This document shows, piece after piece, positions 10,700 to 36,854 of a DNA stretch of 64,000 nucleotides. A program made the translations under genes and the position numbers. This DNA comes from Paraspadella gotoi (Eukaryota; Animalia; Chaetognatha), in assembly GCA_051294375.1 (NCBI GenBank), contig CM119268.1, positions 8,799,008-8,863,007 on the forward strand, in the 5' to 3' direction. How positions within the stretch are numbered: position 1 is the stretch's first letter; every line of letters begins with the position of its first letter. The notes below the pieces were generated by a model. The model had not been told where the DNA came from, did no database searches, and saw only the letters and a program-made list of their open reading frames with translations.

Positions 10700-13600
10700 A
10701 TGGCGACGTTGTGGCGTCTTTTGGGCAATTTTGTCGCCGCTGCGGCGTTTTTATTTTCTTATCTGTTTGGAGGTAAAACAAAAAATATAATTTTACTAAT
10801 ATAGTAGTTACTTAAAAATTTTTGTCGCCATTAAGAAAATACGATTTTCAAAACATACGTAAAAAAAAATATTGTTGATTAAGCAAGTTTTTTATTCACC
10901 AATCTGCAAGTTGCCGCTTTGTAAATACAAAATGATTTTATCGACATTTCTTTCGCTTTTTTCAGTCGAAGGGACACATTTGCGTTCTCTCTATGATGAC
11001 TATGTCTATGGTGAATTTGGAGTGTCTGAGGCGAGTAGTAATGTTTGAGAACTTAAAAATCGCTGCACAAGCCACAAATATCAATTATTTTCATAATTAT
11101 CTTTCGAAGTCTCATTCTTTGGTCTCCGCTTGGCTAAAATCCTTCAACGATGAACTTGGAGACCGTCTTCAGACGGGTGCCGCCGTGGAGTGGCGTGACG
11201 CCACCGCGATGACCCCGATAAACGACGCCGCCGCCACGAAGTTCACCTCGGAGTTCTCTGCCTGGTACCAGCGCAGCAAGGTTCAAGTGGCGCCGATATT
11301 GCGACGCTACTGCGGGCGTAGCTTCGTCGAAGAGTGTTTGGAGACATTGCCTGAAGAAGAAAGGAGGATGTTGTGGTGCGTTTCAAATACATTTTACAAT
11401 AAATATATAAATATTGTAAAAGTATAACGCCAATCAAAAAATATTACTTAACGATTCCCGCAAAACTTTCGATCTAAGGTTAATCACTCGAGGACTCGTA
11501 TCCGAGGATCCTCTGCAAGCCGGCGTATCCGCCTCCATCCTCTCTAAAATGGAGACCGTCTTTTCTTCCGCTCGAGCTTGCGTTGCTGGCGTCAAACGCG
11601 ATGACGATGGCGGCGACGAACGTAAAAACTGTCTCCGCCTGACCCCTGATATCGAATCGATTTTCGAAACATCTCGAGATCCTCAAGTTTGTTCGAATTT
11701 AAAGTTTTTCTTTCCTATATATATATATATATACATATATAGTAACTTAATAATTGAAAACGTGTCCTGATAACAACGAGATGGAAAAAATTCAATTTTT
11801 CCTTTGCGCAGCAACTTCTGGACATCTGGTTGTCTTGGCGGGCGGCGACGGGTCCCAAGATCAAAGAAGACTTCGTCGCTTTGGTTCGAATGCAAAACAA
11901 AGCCGCTGTCGCCAGCGGGTGAGTGATAAACAAAACAAAGAAAACAAAACAATCGACGGAGGCTCTGAGGAAAAGTTCAACGAATTTGTTCTCCTCCGTC
12001 GCTCTTGCGAAACAACTCCGCACAACTGACGGAGAGATTGACCTTTGGAAGGAAGTCTCGGAAAATTAATTTACTATTATATATTGGTATATATATATAC
12101 TATAAAAGTATATATATATTATATATATATATATATTTGTTGAATCAATTTCATAAAGAAGAAAATATTATAAAAGTCTGTATTTGTGTTTTATTACGCT
12201 TTCTGGCTTAATCATAGTCGTATTGACTATTGAGTGATTTCTTGTTAGTGATGGCCTAATATTATGAATGAGACCGAATGAATAATGGGTAGCCTTCACT
12301 TCCTTTGGGCTACAACGACAACAACCAGGGTCTGTCGTTTTGTTTTCGTTCTCCATTAGCTGTGTTTGTTTAGCCTTTTGTTTACGCAAGAAAACGCATC
12401 GTTGACCGCTGAGCAAATGATATTGGACGCGCGATAAAATTCAGTTCGACGAATCTTTTGTTATGTTAAAATTACGAGAGAAACTTGATGCAAGTAATTG
12501 AAGTATAGAATGATTTAAGTTTTACGTTTACTAAAGATTGAAACTACGTTTCTCCATCCACCAACTTCTCATTCTCAGTTATCACGACGCCGCCGCCGCT
12601 TGGGTGGAAGAGTTCGAGATGCCGCCCGCTTTCTTTGCGGCGGAATTGGAACGGCTTCTCGCGGCCGTGGCGCCGCTCTACCGAAAGTTGCAGGTCTTCG
12701 TAGCCAGAAAATTGCAGGAATTTTATCGGCTTCCGGTGAAAGAAGACGAAATTCCGGCGCATTTGCTCGGTGATTGCAATCGGTTATTCATACTCGTTAT
12801 TCAAATTCATGCTCATAATCATAGGATCGTATTAAGTAACAGTAAATTAAATTAAACCAATTAGAAAAAAAATATAAAAGTAATATTTCAAAGTAAAATT
12901 TGAAAAAGGTTCAGTTGAAGCGAAAACAAGTACAAATTAAATTACTGTTTTACATTATCTGGCAAATAATCCACAACATCTTGTAGGCTCCCTCTACGCG
13001 GATGACTGGAGCGGCGTCTTCGAGATCGTGAGGCCGAATCGACGGAATCCGTTAATGAGACTCACGGAGGCGATGCGACAGAAAGGCTGGTCACCGATTG
13101 AGATGGCAAGGGAGGCTGAAAGGCGAGTCTTGATCTTTGTTAATCGTCTTTATTAAACATAATTATGATCCTGTGGTGGTATATTCACACCGCCTCACGT
13201 CCACCATCCGTCAGCCAAATCCATTGGCTCAGAGGAGGAACACACCATCCCAGGCGTAGTGTTCCTTCCACAGTCCTTACGACTTCCCTCTGCGTTGGCA
13301 AAGCGAGACCGTCCTAGGGTAACCGCGCCAGTGACTGGCATCACAGGCAACCCGGCTGTTGCCATAATCCCTATCATTTGAATCAAATACCTTTTAATCC
13401 CCTCGTCTTTCAACAGTTTTTTCCTTTCACTCGGTCTTCCGCCCATGACGCCGGAATTTTGGTCCGGATCGATATTCATGGCGCCCAACGTTAACGTTTC
13501 CACCCGTGCGGCGCCGAACCAAAATCCCTCAGCGCCCATGAGTTGCCACGCCAGCGCCCACGATTTTTTTGACGGCCATAACTATCGAATTAAGGTGAAA

Positions 13601-14746
13601 ACCTCCCCTACCTTCTTTTCAACATTGTGACTATTTGGAACCCGTCAATTGCTACGGCAAACCTTCGTTGATAAAATCCGTCAAATTCAACTAATTTTGC
13701 TATCGCAGATGTGCGCGTGCGTTTGTGCACGTCATTTGCGCACCATTCATCATGAGATGGGTCACGTGGAGTTCTTTATGGCTTACAAGGACCAACCGGC
13801 GATATTCAAGTACGTTTGATCTGTGACCACTTATATAAAAGGCTAATTCAAGTTGTGGCTAGAAATGAGACAAACATTGAGAAGAGGCCAAAATTTCCTT
13901 GCTTCAGAAACGGCGCGAATTCCGCATTTCACGAGGCCATCGGAGACACAATGGCGATTTCTCTCATGTCACAACCTCATCTCAAACGTTTGGGGCTGAG
14001 CGACGACCAAGAAGACGACGACAAAGACAACGACGATAGAGAAGAAGAACTCGACCTCCTCCTTTTGATGGGGCTGGAGAAGATTCCTTTTCTTCCGTAC
14101 GCATTTGTGCTGGAGAAATGGCGTTACGACGTTTTCCAGGGAAAGATTACGCCTGAACACTACAACTCGGCATGGTGGGAGTTGAGGTAAGTGGTTTCGG
14201 AATTAAAACTATTTTATTTTTAGAACTATAAAATAATAATTCGATACTAGTTTTGTTTTTTTGCGTGGTTGTATTTTTTTTTTTAGACGTGGAGTTCAAG
14301 GCGTGAGCCCTCCGGTCCCGCGAACTGAGCAAGACTTCGATCCAGGCGCCAAATTTCATGTCGCCTACAACATTCCTTACATCCGGTACTTTCTCAGTTA
14401 CATCCTTCAGTTTCAAATTCACGAATCCCTCTGCGAGGTAAAAGGTCATCAAGGTGAGTAATTTTAAAAGTCTACTACGGTTACACCGACAGTTGTAGGT
14501 AAAATAACTCGGGATTCCATTTTCCTTTCTCCCAAAGGCCCGTTGCACCGATGCGACATCCACGGTTCATCAGCGGCAGGACAGCGGCTCCTGAGCGCCT
14601 TGCGGCTCGGTGCCAGTCGCCCGTGGCGTCAGGCGATGGAAACGCTTCTCGGCGCCGGAAGATCCAAGTTTGATGCGGCGCCGATGTTGCGATTCTTCGC
14701 TCCTCTGGAGAAATGGCTGGACGAACGGATCGACGAATGGAATTGA
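10700..14746 (+). CDS. ACE: Angiotensin-converting enzyme-like peptidyl-dipeptidase (family M2), single domain, secreted
   Basis: Signal peptide [24 protein letters not shown]; IPAHLLG; CHASAHDF; zinc motif HHEMGH (~13748); [12 protein letters not shown]; [12 protein letters not shown]; [10 protein letters not shown]; [14 protein letters not shown]; GPLHRCDI; FAPLEKWL. Confidence 0.95.
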
Positions 14747-15206
14747 CCGGATCCCGGGATCGACATTGTCTCAATTTTTAGTTTATTAGATATTATTCCT
14801 ATTTAAATTTAAATGCTTTTCGTCCCGTTATTCTGCTTGCACATAGATTGCAACAAAAAAAATAGAAATAATCATTAACCAATGTCTAGCAGACTAGCTC
14901 TATTTTCGACGAAAAATCTACAAAAAAAAACAAACAATCCCCTGCGAATATAAAAACGAAAATATAATTTTTTTAAAAAAATGGTTCGTCGAATATGAAA
15001 TAATAAAATAAATTAATAAGATCATCGTTCGTATCGCGTTTCGGTTTTATCTATTCCTTATTTATCAAATTATAAATCTACAGAATAGGAAAAAAAATTT
15101 CCGATAACTGCTGTAGCGCGATGAAAGAGAAAAAAAATAATCGACTTTAAAACGGGAGAAGAATATAGAAAAGAGTTGAGTGTGAGAGAGAGAAAGAGAG
15201 AGACCA

Positions 15207-18200
15207 TTATCCATTCCCGCTTCCTTCTTTGTCCCGCTTTTCGCCGGCCTTGTTCGGGCTGAACCAGAGGCCGCACCTTTTCGATGGGTTCATCGCGTCG
15301 CCGGATTTGCACTTGAACTCCCGCGCAAATTCTGGGACGAGCGCCGCCGCCGCTTCGGCGCGGACCGGCTGCGGACAGTGTTCCCACGAGTGGACCGCGT
15401 CGGCCATCGATTTGCGGCGGGAGTGTTCGCACCTTTGTTTTTGATGGAGAGGGTGGGGTGAATCAGTTCCTATTTTTTTTTTAAAGTTTATTATTTCAAT
15501 TGCCACTCGGCATTTTCTGCATTATGTGATAAATTAACTGAGACACGTCTTGCACGACATCCACATCAACTAATCAACATTCATCACTTAACCCTTAACC
15601 ATCTCCTTTCACTCTCACCACGTTTGACCGAAAGCCACGAAGAAGAGTTGATTGTCCGTGAGCGAAATTCCCTTGAGCGGAAATCCTATCGAATCCTTCG
15701 TCTTGGAAAATTCTTTTTTCTGACCAAATTCGGGGACGAACGTCGTTAGTGGCTTTTTCTTTTGAGTTGGTTTTTTTGTTTGTTTTTTTTTGCTATGAAA
15801 GTTACAAGATCCTTTGGATTAAAATTTAACTTAAATTTTTTTCCTCGAAAATAGAGGGAGCTTTGCCTTGTCTTTTGGAATTGAATTTTCAGTAGCAGCT
15901 CGATCACCGGTTCAACTAATTTTAATTTAGTCTTACCCATTTTTGGAAAGCGTGGTACGCGAGTGAAACTCCGCCCACGTCGGCGATATTTTCGTCAACC
16001 GTTAAGTTTCCGTTAATTGGCATCCCCTGTGACAATACGTTACGTTCGATCTATTAGTATTAGCTACTGATGCCTGTTATTGATTGCATTTTGAAGGTCT
16101 TCCAACGATTTGTCCAAGCGGAGTGAGAAATTGATGATCTCCCCCACAGTGAGGGCCCCAGTGGCGGCCCCACTTTCCAACCTGAATCTTATAACCGGAG
16201 TAAAAATCTACGAAGCATTCGCTGTGATGCTCGAATTCTCGCCAGGATCGTTTCGTCCACCAGTTATCTTGCTTGCCCTGCTTGTCGAACCGGCTGCCCG
16301 ATCTGTCGAATCCGTGCGACATCTCGTGGCCCAAGACGATGGCGATAGAACCAAAGTTCCAGAATTCCGGAAACGAGGGGTGAAAGAGAGGTCGTTGCAG
16401 GATGCCGGCCGGAAATTCCAGGTTGTTACTCGCCGCTTTGTAACCTTGTTGAGGGAAGTCAATTATTTTATGATTTATCATAAAGTCCGGAAGAAAATCG
16501 TGATGCGCTTCTTAAAATTTAGTTCAACAATTTAAACTGAAAAAACAAACAAACAAACCAAACACGTGCCAGGACATTGAGGACAATCTGCAGAAGAGGA
16601 TGAACGAAAGCCGATACCTCGTACCGGCGTTGGCCTCTGAGACGTCGGGATACGACCAAGAGAAGCGCGACCGGTTGCTAAGTAACATCTCGTCAAAATC
16701 CTTGGCGTCGTTCCGTAGGTATTTTTGGTATGTCTGCAATTCGAAAAAAAAAACTGGATTCAACTCATTTATGGAAAAAAGTAGACTAAAAAAGTTCAGT
16801 CGTCCAGCCAACAGTTATATTCTAACCAATAATATGGACCTGCCAAATGGTTTCACTTTTAGAAACTTTTAGATCCTTGGCGGCTTCGTCCAGTTCTGTC
16901 TCGTTCGTTACAAATTCTGGATATCCCAGGTTCGTAACCATGCTGAGAACCTTTTCGGAAGTCCTTTATTTATAAATTGATTAGATTGATGTATTAATTA
17001 TCAAAACCATTTGCGCCTTTCGTCAGTCATTAATCAGTTCATCGTTTGACTTACCTATTTTTGGTTGTTTCATCCATCCATTCTAGCTCCGGAATTCGCA
17101 TTAGGAGAGTCAGTTTGAGAAATTGCACCATCGCCGTTATGTATTCTTTGTGACTAAAAAAAAAATGACGATACTACAGTTAAAAATCATAGAAAATAAT
17201 CCCAGACCAGATCTTTCATAGCAAGGATTTTTATTTATCCCCCTTGACCTTTCTGGAAAACTGATATGCTGAAAAATCCTGGAGATGGCGAAAGGAAATA
17301 TTTTGGCGACGACTTTGAGGCAACGAACTTTGATCGGATGGTCCGAGACTTTGCCGAAAACACGGGCTCGGTATTCCTGGAGAAAAGGCCACTCTTTTTT
17401 CGACGAAAAAAAAAACAAAAAACAAACTTCCGTTTCTTTCTCTTTCGTGTCAATTCTTTCTATCAGGATCCGTAACAATTGGAAACGTGATCCGTGATGT
17501 ACGTAAGTACAACCTGATACTTGCGTTGCACGTTCGTCGGCAGAGTTCGGCTCTCCACTCCTACCGTCGTCCAAATAATATAATCGCGAACCGCTTCGGG
17601 AGAGAGTCGAGGCAAAAGCTGAATGGATCAATGTTTGACATTCTCATACGCTGGCTCCAAGTTTGAAGCTCCCAACGCAAGGGTCACCTGGTTGAGATTG
17701 GTGAAGTAATCGGGATTTTCCACGTCGACGGGAGTCTCCAGTGTAAAGTTGAAAACTTTGTAGGCGGCGAGGATGCGGAACCAATCGATCTTTTGGTCGT
17801 TAGAACCACCTTCTTCGCTACCATCAAATAAACGGCCGAATGGCACCTGAAAGTGAGGCTTCAAGCATTATCGTTTCTGCGCTTCAATCGTGTTTGTTTC
17901 TTTTTTTGGCGTCAACATTTTTATTTCGCGTTCATCACTAATTTTTCGAGCATTTTTTCCGTGTCTGTCGTCGACGACTCGAAATTTTTTTTTTCATCCG
18001 GGTCGTTCATAACAACGGTCAACAACGATCGAGATAAGCAAGTAACAACGCCCTCTTCTCGCCTTGTGAAACGTCTTCGCGGCGTCGACTTTGACTTCCG
18101 GCGTCAGGAAATACTGGGCGATTTTGGATTCGACGCTGATAACGTTTCGAGCGAAGCGTCGCGCGTAACGAGGCTTCAACGGCGTCAGTTCCTCCATCAC

Positions 18201-19851
18201 CTGGATGTTAAGGGGATCGGTCCGTACGACGTTTTAACATTCATTTATAACGCGGCCTCCCTCCCCCCCCAAAACCCCTCCCAAGCGTCACGTGACCCCC
18301 TTGATGAGATTCTTCAACGCCGAGACTTTGTTGTCGTCGTGAAAGTCGAGAGGATTCGTGAACTGAAGTCCCGATTCTTCGAACTTGAGGATGCGTTTGG
18401 CGGACAAGAGGTTGTCAGTGAAGGGGAACATGTCGAAGAAGCTCTTGGAGCCGTGCTCTTGGCGGAGTTGAGAGGACAGCGGGGGAAGGGTTGAAGGCCT
18501 CGATTTAATTACAGAATCGAAGGCAAGAATTGTTGCAAAACAGTTTAAAATACAAAGGAATGCCACAAAATGACCAAGTCGTCATTGGAGTGAGGACAAA
18601 GAAACTAAAGCCGAATTAAAAAGAACAAAATTAATATAAATAAAAACGTGAACGTGCTTTTCCCGATCACCGATGTGCGAACGAATGAGCGCGTCCGTAA
18701 AGTTCCATCTTTCCCTCGATCGCTGCTCGTAGAAGCGACGCCAAAACTTGGTTTCGTCGGTCCGTTCGTCGGCGCCGGCGATGCGCTTTATGACGTCGAC
18801 GACGAGTTGGGGCGTCAATTCGTCCGTCTTGTCGACGTCGAGGCATTGGAAGTAGGCCGTCGACGCCTTCCGCATCGCAGAGTCGTGCGGCAGCTTCGAA
18901 GGTTTCATCGCCGAGAGGGTCTGCCGAATTCGGGAGGAAGGGTAAGATGATTTACAGGCGCCCATGATCACGCATTACGGCGACAACGTTGAAGCAGTCG
19001 ACGCACGTCGATAATCTTTTGGTCGTTGGTTCTCTGCAGCACGTCGAGGATTCCCCAAACCCCCTGGTCGCCCGGAATCGGATTTTGCTCCAGCCAACCT
19101 CCGCAGGCGAACCGGAAAAAGTCGTCGCAGGGATCCGCTTTGGTGTCCATGTTAGATTTGATCTGGAGAGAGAGAGAGAGAGAGAGAGAGAGCGACGACG
19201 AGGCTCCGAGAAGAGAAGCAGAGAGGATGAAGGAGTAGAGATGAAGAGTGAGAGAGAGAGAGAATGAGTTCGAAATTCCAATCATGTTCTTCTCAATAAT
19301 TCCATCTCACGCTTTCTGTGAGTTCTTCTCTCATTTCCAAATCCGATTTCTTCTTCTTTCTCAACATCGCGCGAAACATTGCCTTCTCGTCGTCATCAAG
19401 CAGATGGCGTTTCTGGCAGAGAGTAAATGCTGATGACTTTTTTTAATGCTGCTCATGCGCTAAACTGGAAGATGAAATAGTTTACTACTTAGTTACTTCG
19501 AATAAATTTTCTTTTTCTTCCCCATCCCCTTCAATTCGATTCCATCCCAATCTCAAATACTAACTTCTAATTTCCCCCTTAGTATCGTCCCCCCCTTTTC
19601 CCGTCCCCTCCCCCGGGCCTTCTAACGTAAGCCTCGTCGTCGTCGACGGCGTCTCTCTGCATCCACCGTCTGTGGCTGATGGACGGTCCTTCGGCTCCAT
19701 CCTCGTCGCCCCAGACGTTCGTCCGGCGTTGAAAGAAGCTTCCGGTCGCCGTCGGCGGCGCCAGCGCCAAAAACGCCGCCAAGAGAAGAAGCGACGGCGC
19801 CGCGGACTTGGGATAATTAATAAATATTATCTTTATTGACAAAACATTCAT
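15207..19851 (-). CDS. Neprilysin/endothelin-converting enzyme-like M13 zinc metallopeptidase (multi-exon)
   Basis: [55 protein letters not shown] (HExxH), [51 protein letters not shown]. The first exons 19851-19627 and 19412-19311, and the exon starting at 19162, all join in phase 0. Confidence 0.93.
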
Positions 19852-21620
19852 CGCCGTGGTTGTCTTTATCAGATCGAGTGGTGATCGGACTTCGTCGGAA
19901 GACAACGACGACACTGTCGAGCCATTTGAGAAATGACGCGTAAAAAAAACGAAAGACGCGATAAATACGAAATCTAAGACGAATATTTAACGAACAAAGA
20001 ACGAAATAGCGTCTACACGCGAAAAGGAGGGAAAGTGGTTTGTTTACAAGCTAAGAGTTTTTTTTCATGCGCGACTTCAGTTGTACAGTATATATACTAG
20101 TAATATTTCGCGAAGACAGAAGAAAGGGGAGAAAGGGAGAAGTTACAGATGGGTTGAAAATTCTAAGGGGCACAGCGAGAGAGAGAGAGAGCGAGAGAGA
20201 AATGATCCAAAGATCGATGAAACTTTGTTTACGACCAAAGTTGAGAGATGATCTAGAATTTGAACTTCGGGGAGACAAAAATGTGCGAAAAGTTGAAAAT
20301 AGAAAGAGTGAAAAGATAAGAAAGAAAATCAAAAATTAAACTCAGAAAAAAAAAAGAAAGAGAGAAAGAAAGAAAGATAAGAGAACTCCATGACTAAAAT
20401 TGACTCTAATGAAGCTTTTAAATTCTGTTTCGCAATGAGATATTGCAGATGTTGCTGTTGTTTCTTGCCAGAAAAAATGATGGTCGAGGTCATGATGGTC
20501 ACTGTTGTCTGAGCGCTAGTATGACTTTAAAATTTTGAATCGTCTAGAAATATATTTTAGAAAATTATATCGGCTGGTTAATCTTCAAAATCTCCGACTG
20601 AAAGACCCACCACGACTCATCATCAATTGTAAGTAGTAGTTGAATTATTCATTCTATCAGTCATCATTCGCGCGAACTCAACAACTTCAAACCAATAATA
20701 ACAACTAAAACAAATTACGACGAGACCATAACCTAGAGTCCCCCATTGACTGCATCAGCTAGGGTCACCACGATCGAGTGCTGAATCTGGACCCCGTCAG
20801 CCTTAGTCATCTCCGACATCATCATATCAATCATCTTCTTCGTCATCATCGTGATCATCATCATCATCATCATCCTTCGAGTCCCGCTGCGCATCCTCTT
20901 AGTTGTTGGATCATTGTTGATGTTGATACTGATTTTCGGCAAAATTTAAAAACCCGACGACTTTTTTTTTTGAAGATGAATTGAAATTGGGGGAAAAAAA
21001 ATAAAGGGGAGGCGGAGTAAAATCTCTTATCATTCAGAAGTCGGTTAAAAAAAAAGAAAAGTTTATTAATCATTTCATTGACCATAGAAACTTTGGGGAT
21101 CGAATTTGTGTGATGGTATTTACCTCGCCCCTTTTACTGGTATTCACTGGTCTTTTGCCCTCTCCCTCTCTATTAGCGCACTCTCTTTCTCTCTCTCTCT
21201 CTTGAATTAAATCTCGATCTAAAGCAACTTCTCATCCTCGAGCCTCAACCCATAAAAAAGTTAAAAGTTTTCTTTAAATGATTCGCGGTTTGTTTTTTCT
21301 TTTCTCCAGAGAGACCGACGCGCGATCTTCGGCTTCAACGTTCCTTTCAGCGCAACGTCGGCGTCCGCGGCATCGAGACTGCGGTATCTACCCTAACCCT
21401 CGGTATTTCGCAGCATCGAGGGAATCTACGGCATTCACGTTCGGCATCCGCAGCATCGAGGGATTCTACGGCATTTTCGAAGAGTCACGTCCCGCGTGGA
21501 TTCGAGGAAAAAGCTCATCGAGAAAATTCGTTCGACCAAAAACAACAATAGGGTCGTGATTCGATCTCATTTGCATAAATCGTGTTGGGGAACAATATCC
21601 GGCTTCAATCGAGCTACACC

Positions 21621-21628
21621 ATGGAGGG
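21621..21628 (+). other. Candidate alternative first coding exon of calpain (ATG GAG GG|GTAAGC)
   Basis: Good start context (accATGG) and a strong donor. Its phase 2 matches the acceptor of exon 24596. Confidence 0.45.
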
Positions 21629-22642
21629 GTAAGCCGTAGGAGAAGATGTTTTCCAGCTTCGTAATTGGCACGTGAAAGTGATTAAATTGAATTTTTTTTT
21701 TCGAAGAAAAATAGTTTTTGAAGCATGGCTATTTCTATAAGTTGCAAACTTGCTGAGCTCGTTGCAAGAAATGATTACAAAAGGAATGTGGAGTATTGTT
21801 TCATTATAGAATATTTAAATAACAGCACGAAAAATTATGCTTGTGGGTTTTGTAAAGGTTGATCTGTAAAAAAAGAGATTCTAAAAAAAACATTCGGATT
21901 TTACATTTCTTCCACTAACACACCTTACCTTAGTGCATTACCAATATTTACGGCAAGCCCGAAATCTCGATTTGAATACTTCACGATAAATTTAAATCCG
22001 ATCCGTTGTGTGAGATTACTACAACCCCTTGAGATTTTATTTGCAGAAACAAAAGATCGCATTTGATGACGATTAATTATTTACATTTACAGCCCAAACG
22101 AACGATCTTGCCGAGACATAATATACAAAAACGCGAAATATACTTAAACCATTAATATTAAATTCAAATTCGTATTTCCTTTCTTTTCACACCAAAGCTA
22201 ATTAACGTGGGCCACAGCTTCGCTCCTTCCATTGCCACATCGGTTCAGTGTCGCTTTTGCTTGGTAACTAAAAGTTACCCCTTATAAACAAAAGGGTACT
22301 CGCGAAAATTTGAATGAAATTGAATTAAAATTGGTTAATTTTGTTATTTTAAAATTATTGTAATCCCATTACCTCAGATTAACCAAGTGAATGCTTCCCA
22401 GATAAAAAAATGGATTCATTAGTATCTATTATATATTAACAAACTGCAATAAAAATAAATAACATTGACAAGTAAAATCATTTGGTGAATCTCCGCGAGA
22501 ATCCCCTCTCAAACCCGAGATCAAAAACTCCCGAAGCTTCACTTCCTTAAGACCCTCAAGTCCCAAGCTCTTTCACCTTAAGATCCCGAGTTATAAGCCT
22601 GCCCGAGACCCAAGCTCGTCCACCCCAAAGCCACTCGAGATC

Positions 22643-35340
<12,698 letters not shown>

Positions 35341-36785
35341 ACTTGGCGGCGTCGTTGTTGTCTTCATCGTCGTCATGGCAACGGCGTCGACGAATGACTC
35401 CAAACCGCGTCAAAGTTTTTTCCTCCTACATCCGCTAGGGAGATAAGATTCCTTCCGTGGCGCCCATCTGTAGCTGCCTACATCTGTGGCAGCTTACATC
35501 TGTTGCGGCCAATAAAAGAAGCCTCTTTTTTTCCCGGCTTCTTTGACGCGCTCTGTTTATTTCAAGCTTCACTCATTCATTATTTTTTTTTTTCGTACGC
35601 GCTTTTTACAGTATATTTAGGATTATAGGATTAACTTAATTTTAGTCAGGGGGTATTATATAATGCTACTCAAGATTTGTTGCTGGAGCCAATAGTTAGG
35701 AGTTTTCAATGATTGTTTAATTTATATTATGAAAAAAAAGGATAAAAAGGAAGTTTTTTCAGTCCTACGCGTGCTTTAGTTTTGATTAACAGTTTATAGT
35801 TCTTCACTCGCATTAACATTTTAAAGCAATGTGAAAATTTTTATTCGCCTGATGGTAATCATTGCCTTCGAACTTGCAACTACAATACGGTACAGTCTAT
35901 TCTAGCCTCTTACCATACTGCATTCTATTAGTATTTTATACAAAAGGCATACTGTCGTCATATGTGCGTTTTTTTTTTTGGGTTGATCTGAAAGGACGTT
36001 AAGTTTGCATGACTATCCACAATTTTTTACATTTTTCATTCTGATAAATGATACCAACGTCAAAGCTCTTGATTGTTTCTTTTTCTCCGCCTTCAATTTG
36101 TGTCCAGCGACAAACTAGAAAAATCAGCTAATTCGCTAATCTATATCGGCTAATTATTTTTCTTTTTTTTCTCGTAATGGCTATTAACCAGAGTCAAAAT
36201 TAGATATTGATGTTTTTTTTGTATTATATTTCACTAATTTACAGCGCGTTTTGCATTTTACAGTTAATTTATTCTTTGGTCTTCTTTTGCATTAAAGTTA
36301 GTTCTAAAAAAAATTAATTCGTTGTTATTTCCTCTGAAAAGGTATCCTAACCGGAAGTAAAGTCACGAGAATGCAGGAAAATAATATATTGACGGCAGGA
36401 AAATCTATACTATACGGCGACAAAATCATGAGGGTAAAAAAATGGGGAAACTAGCAGGAGGAAGAGAGAGAGAAGGGAAGTGAATCTCGTGAACGCGGCC
36501 CCGAAATCCCTGGGAGGAGGATGAAGAGGAGGTGAATTGAGAAGGAAAGGGTAATAGACCCGCGTCGGTCTATCTCTTTTACACTGATTTCAGCCAAAGC
36601 AGACTCGAGCAGTCAGTTTCGATTAGGATCTTTGATTATAAGTCCAAGGGTAAGTTTGTCAGATGAGCGGGTAAGTTCAATTTTCGGCGATTTCCGGGAG
36701 GTAAGTTCTTCGCTGTCAATTTCACGCATTTCTTTGAGGCGAAATGGAGAAAAAAAAATTAAAAAGTCAGATAAAGTCGAAAAGA

Positions 36786-36854
<69 letters not shown>

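Noticed and set aside
17853-18494. 213-aa plus-strand ORF
   Set aside because: It is antisense to neprilysin exons and introns, with no recognisable motif.
20778-20984. His-rich ORF (HHHINHLLRHHRDHHHHHH)
   Set aside because: It arises from a degenerate (ATC)n tract, has no ATG or clear splice sites, and is unrelated to the CAC-coded His gene.
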